Numbered from the stretch's first letter, positions 18,082 through 27,739 are shown. The stretch: DNA of 64,000 bases from Candidatus Polarisedimenticolaceae bacterium (GCA_036376135.1 DASVAW010000075.1:3131-67130); one strand, 5' to 3'. Notes: generated by a model not told the origin, from the letters alone. Made by a program: numbers and translations.

Positions 18082-20652
18082 ATGCCCCGGCGCCAGCGTC
18101 GAATCCCGAGCCCTCCGGCGGCCGTCCCCGCGGACGCCCGCCTGCTCGCCCTCGACCTCGAGGGCTGGGCGGGAAGGCACGTCGCCCACGCGGGGCACGA
18201 CCTGGCCCTGCTGGGGAAGGTCGTGTCGTTGCGCCTGGCCGACGAAGGGGCGACCCTCCAGGCGAAGGTGAAGGACAGCGGGCCCCACCCTTACACGGTC
18301 GCGATCCACGCCATCGACGACGGGTATGCCGCCTCGTGCACCTGCCCCTGGGAGGAGGGCCCCGTCTGCAAGCACGCCGTCGCGGCCGTGGAGGCGCTGC
18401 GATTCCCTCGTCCCGACGTCGCGCACGCGGTCGGCGTCCGGGCCAAGCCGCGCCGTGCCGGTCGCCTGGCGCGCGGGCAGGGGAGGATCGTCACCCAGGC
18501 GCCCGTGCAGGCGGGAACGCTCCTCGCCGCCCCGGGGGAGTGGACCCTGACGCGGGACGAGCGCATCTCCCTCGCCCGCGACGAGGAGGTCAAGCAGCGC
18601 CGCCAGCGGGCGAAGAAGGAGCGCGCGAGGATCACGCGACTTCCCATGAAGGGCGGACCGCCGCGTTTCCGCGTCGCCTCCGCCGGGAAGTCCCCGTACA
18701 CGGTGACCCTGCGCGGGAAGGAGCCGGCGCTGGCGTCGTGCACCTGCCCCGACTGGGCGAAGAGCGAGCTCGACAGCTGCAAACACATCGAGCGCGTCCG
18801 GACCTGGTTCCAGCGCCAGCCCAAGCGCGTGACGTGGAGCTTCGCGAGCCTCTGGTGGAAGCCGCGGAGCTGGGAGGCGGTCGCCCCCGATCCGCTCGCG
18901 GAGCTGCGCTTCGACGCGCCCGCCGCCGTCGATCGCGTGCCGTTGCACCGTTACTTCGACGGCGACGGGTGGTTGCGGGCCGTTCCCCGGGAGGTGGACC
19001 CGGCGTCGTGGCTCGCCGAGGTCGAGGCCGCCGCCCGCGCCGCGGCGACGGCCGCATCGGTCCCGTTCGACGTGGACGGCGCCGTCGCGGAGCGGCTCGC
19101 GGAAGCGGCCCTCGCGAAGGAAGCGGCCGACCGGCTCCGCGCCGGGGCGAGGGACGGCGAGCTCTGGAACGCCCTCATCCCGTCGATCGGGTTCCAGTTG
19201 CACCCCTACCAGGTCGACGGCGTCGAGTTCCTCGCGACCCGCGGGCGGGCGTTCCTCGCCGACGACATGGGACTCGGCAAGACCCTTCAGGCGATCGTCG
19301 GCGCGATCCTGCTGCGGCGGTCCGTCTCCGCGGAGAAGGCGCTGGTCGTCTGCCCGGCGTCGCTGAAGCACCAGTGGCAGCAGGAGATCGAGCGGGCGTG
19401 CGGCGAGAAGGCGCTCGTCCTCGAGGGGGGGCGCCAGATCCGCGCGCGCGCGCTGCGCCGGTGGAAGTCGGGGTTCCTCGTCCTCAACTACGAGCTGGTC
19501 CTGCGCGACCTCGACTTCGTGAAGGGCTCGAAACCCGACCTCGTGATCCTCGACGAGGCGCAGCGCATCAAGAACTGGGACACGAAAACCGCAAAGGCGA
19601 TCAAGCAGCTGACGAGCCCGTGGGCGTTCATCCTGACCGGCACGCCCCTCGAGAACAGGCTGACCGAGCTGCACTCGATCGTCGAGTCGCTGCATCCGCG
19701 CGCTCTCGGCCCGCGCTGGCGGCTGCTCCCCGCCCACGCGGTTCCCGGGCCGAACGGGAGGATCGCCGCGTACGAGGACCTCGACACGCTGCGCGCGAAG
19801 CTGTCGGGTTTCTTCCTCCGCCGCGAGCGGCGCGAGGTCCTCGACCAGCTCCCGCCGCGCACCGACAACACCTTCTGGACCGAGATGACGGCGGCGCAGT
19901 GGCGGCCGTACCGGCGCCACGCGCGCACCGTGGCCGCGCTGCTCTCGCAGAACCGGCCGCTCACCGCCCCGGAGGTCCGCACGCTGCTGCAGGCGCTGAC
20001 CTCGATGCGGATCCTCTGCAACGCGTGGGCGCAGTACGCGTGGGAGTTCGCCGAGCCGCACCTCAAGCGCGGCCCCGTCGAAGGGGACCTGCGCTGGTTG
20101 CACTCCCCGAAGCTCGAGGAGTTCGTGCACGTCCTCGAGGATCTGCTCGAGAGCACGCCGGGGAAGGTCGTCGTCTTCAGCCAGTGGGAGCGCCTGCTGC
20201 GCCTGGCCGTCTACGCCGCGAGCCCGCTGTTCGAGCGACGCGGCGAGCGTGCCGAGGTCTTTCACGGCGGGCTCGACGCGCGCGGCCGTCAGCGGATCCT
20301 CGAGGCGTTCCGCGAGGATCCGACGCTGCGGGTGATGTTCTCGACCGACTCGGGGGGGCTCGGCCTGAACCTCCAGGACTCGGCGTCGGTGGTCGTCAAC
20401 CTCGAGGTCCCCTGGAACCCCGCCGTCCTCGAACAACGCATCGGGCGCGTGCACCGGCTCGGCCAGCGCGAGAGCGTGCAGGTCCTCCACTTCGTGACGC
20501 GCGGGGCGATCGAGGAGCGCGTGCGTCAGGTCGTCGAGAACAAGCGGGCGCTGTTCGACGGCCTGCTTGTGGACGATGCCGACCGCGTGGAGCTCGACGA
20601 CGCGACGCAGTCCACGTTCGTCGAGCGCATGCGCACCCTGATGGGTAATTAG
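18082..20652 (+). CDS. SNF2-family helicase with two N-terminal SWIM zinc fingers
   Basis: ATG at 18082 has GAGGAGG upstream. SWIM motifs are CTCPWEEGPVCKH and CTCPDWAKSELDSCKH. SNF2_N motifs are DDMGLGKT and DEAQRIKN. The Helicase_C region includes VFSQWERLL...GLNLQDSASVVVNLEVPWNPAVLEQRIGRVHRLGQ. Confidence 0.9.
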   Translation: MPRRQRRIPSPPAAVPADARLLALDLEGWAGRHVAHAGHDLALLGKVVSLRLADEGATLQAKVKDSGPHPYTVAIHAIDDGYAASCTCPWEEGPVCKHAVAAVEALRFPRPDVAHAVGVRAKPRRAGRLARGQGRIVTQAPVQAGTLLAAPGEWTLTRDERISLARDEEVKQRRQRAKKERARITRLPMKGGPPRFRVASAGKSPYTVTLRGKEPALASCTCPDWAKSELDSCKHIERVRTWFQRQPKRVTWSFASLWWKPRSWEAVAPDPLAELRFDAPAAVDRVPLHRYFDGDGWLRAVPREVDPASWLAEVEAAARAAATAASVPFDVDGAVAERLAEAALAKEAADRLRAGARDGELWNALIPSIGFQLHPYQVDGVEFLATRGRAFLADDMGLGKTLQAIVGAILLRRSVSAEKALVVCPASLKHQWQQEIERACGEKALVLEGGRQIRARALRRWKSGFLVLNYELVLRDLDFVKGSKPDLVILDEAQRIKNWDTKTAKAIKQLTSPWAFILTGTPLENRLTELHSIVESLHPRALGPRWRLLPAHAVPGPNGRIAAYEDLDTLRAKLSGFFLRRERREVLDQLPPRTDNTFWTEMTAAQWRPYRRHARTVAALLSQNRPLTAPEVRTLLQALTSMRILCNAWAQYAWEFAEPHLKRGPVEGDLRWLHSPKLEEFVHVLEDLLESTPGKVVVFSQWERLLRLAVYAASPLFERRGERAEVFHGGLDARGRQRILEAFREDPTLRVMFSTDSGGLGLNLQDSASVVVNLEVPWNPAVLEQRIGRVHRLGQRESVQVLHFVTRGAIEERVRQVVENKRALFDGLLVDDADRVELDDATQSTFVERMRTLMGN

Positions 20653-20753
20653 GGACAGCAACCTATTTCCGAAAGCGACTCACCCCGATCCGGTAGCCTG
20701 TAACCGGGTCCGCGGCGAGTCGCTTTCGGAAATAGGTTGCTGTCCCTAATTAC
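20645..20753. repeat. 109-bp palindromic element: 37-bp perfect inverted repeat with 35-nt spacer
   Basis: The arm at 20645-20681 (gtaattagggacagcaacctatttccgaaagcgactc) is the exact reverse complement of 20717-20753. The arms are ~46% GC in a >70% GC context. Both flanking convergent CDS end with AAT TAG inside the arms. Confidence 0.95.
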
Positions 20754-21435
20754 GAACGGTGCCGTCGACGCCGATCACGACCTCGCGCACTTCGAGGTCC
20801 GTCCTCCCCGTCGCCACGGCGGCGGAGCGCGTGATCGCCGTGAGCCCGCCGCAGCAGGGAACTTCCATCCTCACGACGATCGCGCGCGGGATCGAGGGAT
20901 CGGAGAGGATGGCCGCGAGCTTTGCGGCATACGGGCGGGTGTCGTCGAGCTTCGGGCATCCCACGACGACCGACCGGCCGTCGAGGATCGTCCCGTGCAG
21001 GTCGCGGGAGGCGACGGCGCCGCAGGTATTCAGGACGACGAGCTCCTTCCCGCGGAAGAAAGGCGCCTGCGGGGGGACGAGGTGGAGCTGGATCGGCCAC
21101 TGGGTCACCCCCGGAGCCGTGGACATGCGCGACCCCGGGCACCCCGCGTGCGCGTGAGCCGCCGCGTCGAAGCGGCGGACCGCCTCGGCTCCCCCGATCG
21201 TCGCGACGTGCGCGCGGGTGGCGACCGGGTCGTAGGCGGGCGCGTCCTCGTCGACGATCGTCATCGCCCCTTGCGGGCATTCCCCGACGCAGTCGCCGAA
21301 GCCGTCGCAGAAGATCTCCCCGACCAGGCGTGCCTTTCCGTCCACGATCGCGAGCGCCCCCTCCGCGCAGGCCGTCACGCACATGCCGCAGCCGTCGCAG
21401 CGCTCCTCGTCGATCCGGACGATCTTCCTGGGCAT
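20746..21435 (-). CDS. 4Fe-4S dicluster domain protein of unknown function
   Basis: Internal ATG of track ORF 20746..21498 ([13 protein letters not shown]) with AAGGAGG upstream. Cys clusters are [11 protein letters not shown] and [12 protein letters not shown], plus a C-terminal MEVPCCGG. Confidence 0.8.
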   Translation of the reverse strand: MPRKIVRIDEERCDGCGMCVTACAEGALAIVDGKARLVGEIFCDGFGDCVGECPQGAMTIVDEDAPAYDPVATRAHVATIGGAEAVRRFDAAAHAHAGCPGSRMSTAPGVTQWPIQLHLVPPQAPFFRGKELVVLNTCGAVASRDLHGTILDGRSVVVGCPKLDDTRPYAAKLAAILSDPSIPRAIVVRMEVPCCGGLTAITRSAAVATGRTDLEVREVVIGVDGTVRN

Positions 21436-21483
21436 CGGGGCCTCCTTGGAACCGAAGTCTGCCTGCTGCGGCCCGCGGGACGC

Positions 21484-21499
21484 CGTGACCCAGGTCACG
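21484..21499. promoter_or_regulatory. Perfect 16-bp palindrome CGTGACC-CA-GGTCACG (candidate operator)
   Basis: Read directly in the 68-bp divergent intergenic region, 4 nt upstream of the ATG at 21504. A 7-bp stem with a 2-nt loop cannot form an RNA hairpin, so a dimeric DNA-binding site is more likely. Confidence 0.3.
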
Positions 21500-21503
21500 T
21501 ACG

Positions 21504-22610
21504 ATGCGGGACATGCACGATCTCGATCTCGTCGTCTGGGGGGCGACCGGGTACACCGGGCGCCTCGTGGCGGCGGAGATCGCGCGGCGGGCCCCGGCGG
21601 GGTTTCGCTGGGCCGTCGGGGGGCGCGACCGGTCGAAACTCGAGGCGCTCGGGCTCGGCGCGGAGATCGTGGTCGCCGACGCCGTCGACCGCGCCTCCCT
21701 CGACCGCTGGGTCGGACGGGCCCGGGTGGTCGTCTCCACCGTGGGCCCCTTCGCGGTGTACGGGACGCCGCTCGTCGAGGCCTGCGTCGAGCGGGGGATC
21801 GCCTACGCGGACATCACCGGCGAGCCGAGCTTCATCCGCGCGAACCTCGCGAGGCTCCACGAGCGCGCGGAGGCGACCGGCGCGCGGATCGTCCACACCT
21901 GCGGCTTCGATTCGATCCCCTCCGATCTGGGGGTCTTCATGCTCCGGGAGCACCTGCGGGAGCGGCACGGGCGGCAGCTCGCCTCGGCGATCTTCGTCCT
22001 CGAACGCGCCTCGGGTGGGTTCAGCGGGGGGACCGCGGCGAGCGTCCTCCACGAGATCGAGACGGGCGGCGGCGGTCGGGACGCCCGGAAGAGCCTCGTG
22101 CGCCCCCGCGGCGACGGCGAGGGGGGCGCCTTCGCTCCGTTCCTGATGGCGCCGATCAACACCTCGGTCGTCCGCCGCAGCCACGGCACGGACTTCGGGT
22201 ACGAGGAGGTCGTGCGTGCCCGCAGCCTCCTCGGGGCCTGGGCGATCACCGCAGGGATCGGCGCGTTCGTCGCCGCCGCGGCGACGTCCCCCGGCCGGGC
22301 CCTGCTCCGCACCTTCCTCCCGAGACCGGGAGCGGGACCGACCGCGGAGCAACGCGAGCGCGGCTTCTTCGACGCGAGCCTGCGCGGCCTTTCGGACGGC
22401 GCGCCGCCGATCGCGGTGCGCGGCCGCGTTGCGGCGGATGCGGACCCCGGGTACGGCGCGACGGCGCTCATGCTCGCCGAGTCGGGGCTGTGCCTGGCCC
22501 TCGACGAGCTCCCCGATCGGCACGGTATCCTGACCCCCGCTTCGGCGATGGGGCGCCCCCTTCTGGACCGGCTCCGCCGAGCCGGGATGACCTTCGAGGT
22601 GACGGGATGA
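21504..22610 (+). CDS. Saccharopine dehydrogenase-like NAD(P)-binding oxidoreductase
   Basis: Rossmann motif [10 protein letters not shown] and family-like ITGEPSFIR / CGFDSIPSD. An alternative start is the ATG at 21513. Confidence 0.85.
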   Translation: MRDMHDLDLVVWGATGYTGRLVAAEIARRAPAGFRWAVGGRDRSKLEALGLGAEIVVADAVDRASLDRWVGRARVVVSTVGPFAVYGTPLVEACVERGIAYADITGEPSFIRANLARLHERAEATGARIVHTCGFDSIPSDLGVFMLREHLRERHGRQLASAIFVLERASGGFSGGTAASVLHEIETGGGGRDARKSLVRPRGDGEGGAFAPFLMAPINTSVVRRSHGTDFGYEEVVRARSLLGAWAITAGIGAFVAAAATSPGRALLRTFLPRPGAGPTAEQRERGFFDASLRGLSDGAPPIAVRGRVAADADPGYGATALMLAESGLCLALDELPDRHGILTPASAMGRPLLDRLRRAGMTFEVTG

Positions 22611-24205
22611 ACACGCGCGGGATGTGGGACCGGTACAAGGCGTGGTTGTACGACGCTCCCGAGCTCGGATTCCGGCTCGACGTGAGCCGGATGGACCTCC
22701 CCGACGACCTCGATCGCACGATGGCGGGCGACTTCGGCAGGGCGTTCGACGCGATGGCCGCGCTCGAGAAGGGAGCGATCGCCAACCCCGACGAGAAGCG
22801 CCAGGTCGGCCACTACTGGCTGCGCGCCCCGGAGCTTGCCCCCGAGCCCGCGCTCGGCGCCGCGATTCGCGAGACGTTGAGCCGCATCGAGGCCTTCGCC
22901 CGCGACGTCCACGCCGGCTCGATCCGCCCCCAGCGCGCCCCCCGTTTCGACCGCGTGTTGTGCATCGGGATCGGCGGCTCCGCCCTCGGCCCGCAGTTCG
23001 TCGCCGACGCCCTGGGCGGCCGCGACGATCGGATGACCCCGTATTTTCTCGACAACACCGACCCCGACGGAATCGACCGGGTGCTCGGCGTCCTCGGACG
23101 CAACCTCGAGTCGACGCTGACGATCGTGATCTCGAAGTCGGGCGGCACCCCCGAGCCTCGCAACGGCATGCTCGAGGCCGAGGCCGCGTACACCGCGCAC
23201 GGCCTCCTCTTCGGCCCGCACGCCGTCGCGGTGACGGGGGAGGGGAGCCAGCTCGACCGGCACGCCGTCGAGCGCGGTTTCCTCGCGCGCTTCCCGATGT
23301 GGGACTGGGTCGGGGGCCGCACCTCGGAGACGGGGCCGGTGGGCCTCCTTCCCGCGGCGCTGCAGGGGATCGACGTGAGCGCGTTCCTCGCGGGGGCGGC
23401 CGCGATGGACGTCCTCACGCGCGTACCCGAGGTCCGAAGGAACCCCGCCGCCCTCCTCGCGATGGCGTGGCACCACGCCGGCGCGGGCAGGGGGACGAAG
23501 GACATGGTGATCCTCCCCTACAAGGACCGCTTGCAGCTGCTCAGCCGCTACCTGCAGCAGCTCGTGATGGAGTCGCTCGGGAAGGAGAAGGACCTCGACG
23601 GGAAGGTGGTCCACCAGGGGCTCGCGGTTTACGGGAACAAGGGCTCCACCGACCAGCACGCCTACGTCCAGCAGCTGCGCGACGGGATCGCGAACTTCTT
23701 CGCGACCTTCGTCGAGGTGAAGCGCGACCGCCGCGGGGTCTCGATCGACGTCGAGCCCGACGTGACCTCGGGGGACTACCTGCTGGGCTTCTACCTGGGG
23801 ACCCGCCGCGCGCTCCACGAGAACGGACGCGGCTCGATCACGATCTCGATCGACGACGTCACGCCGAAGACGGTGGGGATGCTGATCGCCCTCTACGAGC
23901 GCGCGGTCGGCCTCTACGCGACCCTCGTGAACGTGAACGCCTACCACCAGCCCGGCGTCGAGGCGGGGAAGAAGGCGGCGGCGAAGGTCCTCGATCTCCA
24001 GCGCCGGCTCGTCGCCGAGCTCACCGGGCGCGGCGAGCGGGGCGCGACCGCCGAGCAGATCGCGGCGGCCGTCGGCAGCCCGGAGGAGGTCGAGACGGTC
24101 TTCCACCTCCTCGAGCACCTCGCGGCGAACGGCGACCGCAACCTCGAGCGCGTGCCGGGAAAGACGCCGTTCGACGCGGTGTATCGCCTGCGGGCGGGAG
24201 ACTGA
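22607..24205 (+). CDS. pgi: Glucose-6-phosphate isomerase
   Basis: Internal ATG of track ORF 21383..24205 ([10 protein letters not shown]), with an ATGA overlap to the upstream gene. PGI motifs are [18 protein letters not shown] and [15 protein letters not shown]. Confidence 0.9.
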   Translation: MNTRGMWDRYKAWLYDAPELGFRLDVSRMDLPDDLDRTMAGDFGRAFDAMAALEKGAIANPDEKRQVGHYWLRAPELAPEPALGAAIRETLSRIEAFARDVHAGSIRPQRAPRFDRVLCIGIGGSALGPQFVADALGGRDDRMTPYFLDNTDPDGIDRVLGVLGRNLESTLTIVISKSGGTPEPRNGMLEAEAAYTAHGLLFGPHAVAVTGEGSQLDRHAVERGFLARFPMWDWVGGRTSETGPVGLLPAALQGIDVSAFLAGAAAMDVLTRVPEVRRNPAALLAMAWHHAGAGRGTKDMVILPYKDRLQLLSRYLQQLVMESLGKEKDLDGKVVHQGLAVYGNKGSTDQHAYVQQLRDGIANFFATFVEVKRDRRGVSIDVEPDVTSGDYLLGFYLGTRRALHENGRGSITISIDDVTPKTVGMLIALYERAVGLYATLVNVNAYHQPGVEAGKKAAAKVLDLQRRLVAELTGRGERGATAEQIAAAVGSPEEVETVFHLLEHLAANGDRNLERVPGKTPFDAVYRLRAGD

Positions 24206-24217
24206 CCGCAACCGCCT

Positions 24218-25171
24218 TCAACGCTTTTCCCACGACGTCCCCACCGTGAAGACGCTGGCGACGGGCCGGCCGTCCTTGCGCGCCGGCTCGTAGCGCCAGC
24301 CCACGAGAGCCCGGAAGGAGCTCGCTGCGAATGCGCGACTCGTGACGGCGTGCAGCCGAAGCGGCACGACGTGGCCCGTCCGGAGGATCGCGCACTCGAG
24401 GGTCGCCTTCTCGCCCGGACTGCCGAGAAGCTCCCGAGGGGGAATCGCAGGCTCGACCCTGTGAACGAGCACGGGGAGCGAGACGCCGTGGCCCGGGACC
24501 TCGAGGGTCCACCCCTCCACCGGAGGGTTGGCGGCTCCGCGTTCGGCGGCACGAAGCATCGCCCGCGCCACGACCCGAAGCGCGAACTCGACGTCGGGTT
24601 CGGGCGGGCTGGTCTCGAGGTAGTGCTCCAACCGCGACAACGCCTGGTCCCGGGCACCGCGTGCCGCCGCCTCGAGCGCTCGGTCGAGCCGCTGCGCGGG
24701 CTCGTCGCCGGGTGCTTCGGCCAACTCTGCGAGCAACTCCGCCGCGACCTCGCACCCCGGCCCGTCGCAGTACTGCCGCGCGACCTCGCGGAAGACGGGT
24801 GCCCGGGTCTCGACGGGCGCGTCTTTCACGCGGACCGCGACCCTTCGGAGCGTGGCCCAGTCCTCCTTCGCTCCCAGCGCTCGCGCGAGCAGCACGAGCG
24901 GGCGCGGATCGCCCGGGGCCCTTCCGGCCCACGCTTCCGCGCGTTCTGCCGCCTGACCGGGACGTTTCTGGCCGAGCAGGGCTTCGGACTCGATCGCGCG
25001 CGCGTCGGGGTCGTCCGGGCTCGCCTCGAGCATCCGTTCGGCGGCGTCGAGGGCCTTGCGGTAACGCTCGGCCTCGAGGTTCCGTTTCGCCTCGTCGAGG
25101 TCGGAGGCCAGGACGGCGACGGCGCCCAGCGTCGATCCGAGCCAGACGAGCAATGTCCGCCTCCGTCGCAT
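24218..25171 (-). CDS. Secreted TonB C-terminal-domain protein with helical/TPR-like N-domain
   Basis: Internal ATG (MRRRRTLLVWLGSTLGAVAVLA, signal-peptide-like). The C-terminal ~80 aa fit the TonB_C pattern (ATLECAILRTGHV...ALVGWRYEPARKDGRPV). It is a paralog of the adjacent gene. Confidence 0.7.
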   Translation of the reverse strand: MRRRRTLLVWLGSTLGAVAVLASDLDEAKRNLEAERYRKALDAAERMLEASPDDPDARAIESEALLGQKRPGQAAERAEAWAGRAPGDPRPLVLLARALGAKEDWATLRRVAVRVKDAPVETRAPVFREVARQYCDGPGCEVAAELLAELAEAPGDEPAQRLDRALEAAARGARDQALSRLEHYLETSPPEPDVEFALRVVARAMLRAAERGAANPPVEGWTLEVPGHGVSLPVLVHRVEPAIPPRELLGSPGEKATLECAILRTGHVVPLRLHAVTSRAFAASSFRALVGWRYEPARKDGRPVASVFTVGTSWEKR

Positions 25172-25179
25172 CGATCCCC

Positions 25180-26115
25180 TCAACGCACCTTGAACCGGAC
25201 GACGACGGTGAAGTAGATCGACACCGGCTTGCCGTCCTGCGTCACCGGCTTGTAGCGCCAGCGGAGCACGGCCCTGCGGGCGGCGTCGTCGAATATCGGG
25301 TCGGACGACTCCTTGACGTTCGCTTCGACCACCCTGCCGGATCGAAGCAGCGTCGCTTGCAGCGTCACCACGCCCTCGAGCGCGGCCGACTTGGCCTCGG
25401 GCGGATAGACGGGAGCGACCTTGCGGACGACGATCGGTTCCGAGAGGCCACGGGCCGTCTTCTCGCCGTCGGGCGAGGGCTCGTCGGCGGGCGGAGGGGA
25501 GAGGTCGAGGAGCATCTGGATCCACCACGCGACGTCGATGTCCTCACGGTCGAACGGCGCCGGGGTCGCTTCCACCATCTCCCAAAGCGTCTTCCGATCC
25601 CCTCGGCGCGCCGCGTCGAGGGCCGGGAGGAGTGGGCCGGCGGCTTCGTCAGCCCGAATCGGAGTCAGCAGTCCGAGCGTATCCGCCGCCTCCTTCCATT
25701 GGGATGCGGCGAGCTGCCCGAGGACCAGGGCGCGGCGCACGTCGCGTCGCGCTGGTTCGTCCAGGCCGGCGGCCCGATCTCGGACGGAAGCGAGTCCGGC
25801 CGCGTCCTTCATGGAGGCGTAGGCGGCGGTCAGCAGCGTCAGCGGTCTCGCGTCCGTGGGCGCGGAGGTGGCCCAATTCTCGAGGAAGGGAACCGCCTCT
25901 CCACTTCGATCGAGTCTCTCCAGCGCCCGGGCGTGGAGGATCTGGGCCTGCACGTTCAGCGGGTCCTCATTCAGGATCGTTCGCACCGCCTCCACGGCCG
26001 CGACCGGCCGCTGATACTCGTCGAGGAGCCGCCGCGCCTCCTCGAGTTCGGCGGCGGAAGCCGCAGCACAAGCCGCGAGGGCGACGACGGCCGCCGCGGC
26101 GCGGATGGAAATCAT
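25180..26115 (-). CDS. Secreted TonB C-terminal-domain protein with helical/TPR-like N-domain
   Basis: Signal peptide MISIRAAAAVVALAACAAASA. TonB_C pattern: APVYPPEAKSAALEGVVTLQATLLRSGRVVEANV...AVLRWRYKPVTQDGKPV. Confidence 0.8.
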   Translation of the reverse strand: MISIRAAAAVVALAACAAASAAELEEARRLLDEYQRPVAAVEAVRTILNEDPLNVQAQILHARALERLDRSGEAVPFLENWATSAPTDARPLTLLTAAYASMKDAAGLASVRDRAAGLDEPARRDVRRALVLGQLAASQWKEAADTLGLLTPIRADEAAGPLLPALDAARRGDRKTLWEMVEATPAPFDREDIDVAWWIQMLLDLSPPPADEPSPDGEKTARGLSEPIVVRKVAPVYPPEAKSAALEGVVTLQATLLRSGRVVEANVKESSDPIFDDAARRAVLRWRYKPVTQDGKPVSIYFTVVVRFKVR

Positions 26116-26139
26116 GGCGTGAGTTTATCCCCGGTCGAA

Positions 26140-26169
26140 CCGCCCCCGCGAGCGTCGTCGCGGGGGCGG
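26140..26169 (-). terminator. GC-rich hairpin (12-bp perfect stem, 6-nt loop), possible terminator or processing site
   Basis: ccgcccccgcga / tcgcgggggcgg read directly, 26 nt downstream of the metalloprotease stop. Only 2 U follow on the minus strand, so the assignment is weak. Confidence 0.35.
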
Positions 26170-26194
26170 CGGGGGGGCAGGGGGAGCCGCCGGG

Positions 26195-27739
26195 TTACGG
26201 GGTCGTGAGGCTCAGGTCGTACGAGCCGTGGATCCCGTAGTCGGTCGCGTGTTTCGAGCGGATGTAGAAGCGGTCGGAGCGAGGCGCCGTCCACGTGACG
26301 AGCGACGTGTGGTCCGAGGCGGAACGGTCGTTGTTCGACGCGAGGACCGTCGAGCCGTTGGTGTCGAGGATCTCGAGGTTCGTGTTCGCGTCGGAGTAGG
26401 TGTTGAGCGTCTGCGCGGTGTAGACCGCGCCGCCGACCGCGTCGAAGGCGAAGAGGTCGGTGTCGGCCGCCCCCTTGCCGTCCCCGTCCGTGTCGGCGAA
26501 GTAGGTCAGGTGGACGAGGCCGCCGTTCGCGTAGAGCAGCGTGGCGGTCCCCGTCGTGTCGTTCGACTCGAACGCGTCCGGGAAGTACTCGATGCCGAGG
26601 GCCCCGAAGATGTCCTTCATCGCCTGGAGGTTGCCGTTGGCCACCGTCGAGTCGAACCACGAGTTCCAGAAGGTCTCGTGCGTCACGTTCGTCGCGCCCT
26701 TGAAGACCGAGGACGCGAAGGTCTGCCACGACTCGACGTCGGGAAGCGCGAGGGCGTCCAGGGTCTCGTCGGTTCCGGGGGTGTAGTCGTTCGTGGACGG
26801 GCCGTCGGTGATGTCCCAGAGGCTGCGGGCGACGGTCACCTCGCTCCCCGACCCGTCGCAGCTGTATTGCGTCTCGGATTCCAGGTCGAAGAAGTTGAGC
26901 GCGCCGCCGGGGCCGGAGGCGCCGCTCGTCCGCACGTAGACGTTCGCCGGACCGAGGTCGAACATCCGGACGACCGAGTTGCCGAGGTAGGTCGCGCGCC
27001 CCTCGTCGAAGGCCAGGCGCAGGTCCTGATGGCAGTCGGCGAGGGCGTGCGAGCCGGCGGGGTTCGACGACTTCGAGTAGTTCGTCATCGCGTAGTGGCC
27101 CCATTCGTGGAGGGCGACGGTGTCGTCGTATCCGCCGGTGTCGCGGATCGTGACGGTGTTCCCGGAGGTCTGCGAAACCGTCACGCCGCCGTTCGACTGC
27201 CACTTGATCGTCACGAGCTTCGTGGAGTTCGGGCGCGCGCCGGTCATCGCCTTGATGTAGTCGGCGCCGTAGACCCCCATGTCGAAGAGGTTGAACGCCT
27301 CGCCGCCCGCGAAGGCGAGCGCGGTGAGCGTGCCCCAGTCCACGTTGACGTTCGGGGCGTGGCTCGTCACGTCGGCGCTCTGGCCGACGTAGATGCTCCC
27401 CCCCTGGTTCGTGACGCGCACGAAGAGATCGGAGGTGTAGTTCGAGCGGGTGAGCACGCGCACGCGCACCTTCGTTCGCGTCGTCGAGTCCACCACCGGG
27501 ATCGCGTAGTAGCCGTCGGCGTCGGTTTTGCCCTTGGCGAGGATCTGCTTCGACCCCGACTTCGTCGGATCGATGACCTCGACGTCCGCGAAGCGGATCG
27601 GCTTCGTGAGGATGGTCCCGGAGAACCCCGACTCGTTCCACTCGCGGTCCTCGTAGACGAAGCGGCCGGAAGCGGTCCAGTTGGCGAGCGCCGCGCTCGA
27701 GAGGAGCGAGGCGACGGCGAAGGCGGCCGCGCGCCTCAT
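26195..27739 (-). CDS. Secreted zinc metalloprotease (HExxH) with C-terminal PPC-like domain
   Basis: Internal ATG (MRRAAAFAVASLLSSAALA, signal peptide). HEWGH is followed by AFDEGRATY, a possible third-ligand Glu. The C-terminal DAFESNDT...DTDLFAFDAVGGAVYTAQT...GSYDLSLT resembles the pre-peptidase C-terminal domain. Confidence 0.8.
   Translation of the reverse strand: MRRAAAFAVASLLSSAALANWTASGRFVYEDREWNESGFSGTILTKPIRFADVEVIDPTKSGSKQILAKGKTDADGYYAIPVVDSTTRTKVRVRVLTRSNYTSDLFVRVTNQGGSIYVGQSADVTSHAPNVNVDWGTLTALAFAGGEAFNLFDMGVYGADYIKAMTGARPNSTKLVTIKWQSNGGVTVSQTSGNTVTIRDTGGYDDTVALHEWGHYAMTNYSKSSNPAGSHALADCHQDLRLAFDEGRATYLGNSVVRMFDLGPANVYVRTSGASGPGGALNFFDLESETQYSCDGSGSEVTVARSLWDITDGPSTNDYTPGTDETLDALALPDVESWQTFASSVFKGATNVTHETFWNSWFDSTVANGNLQAMKDIFGALGIEYFPDAFESNDTTGTATLLYANGGLVHLTYFADTDGDGKGAADTDLFAFDAVGGAVYTAQTLNTYSDANTNLEILDTNGSTVLASNNDRSASDHTSLVTWTAPRSDRFYIRSKHATDYGIHGSYDLSLTTP

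Noticed and set aside
18082-20652. SNF2 helicase as part of a phage-defence system (DISARM-like or similar).
   Set aside because: No methyltransferase, DUF1998, phospholipase D, nuclease or other partner genes are adjacent. The neighbours are a metabolic E1 dehydrogenase and an Fe-S protein on other strands.
20645-20753. Whether the perfect palindrome is a CRISPR repeat, an integron attC site or a dif/Xer site.
   Set aside because: There is only one copy and no spacer-repeat periodicity. attC sites are imperfect, with extrahelical bases and RYYYAAC/GTTRRRY cores, which are absent here. There is no integrase, cas or xer context. It is kept as an unexplained palindromic element instead.
24218-26115. 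Annotating the two TonB_C-containing proteins as the cell's energy-transducing TonB.
   Set aside because: Both start with cleavable-type signal peptides rather than the conserved TonB membrane anchor. They lack a long Pro-rich spacer, and no exbB/exbD genes are nearby.
26162-26194. Runs of G (G5, G7, G5, G3) on the plus strand as a potential G-quadruplex between the protease and TonB-C genes.
   Set aside because: G-runs are expected by chance at this GC content. The tract overlaps the stronger duplex hairpin at 26140-26169, and I cannot evaluate G4 stability by eye.
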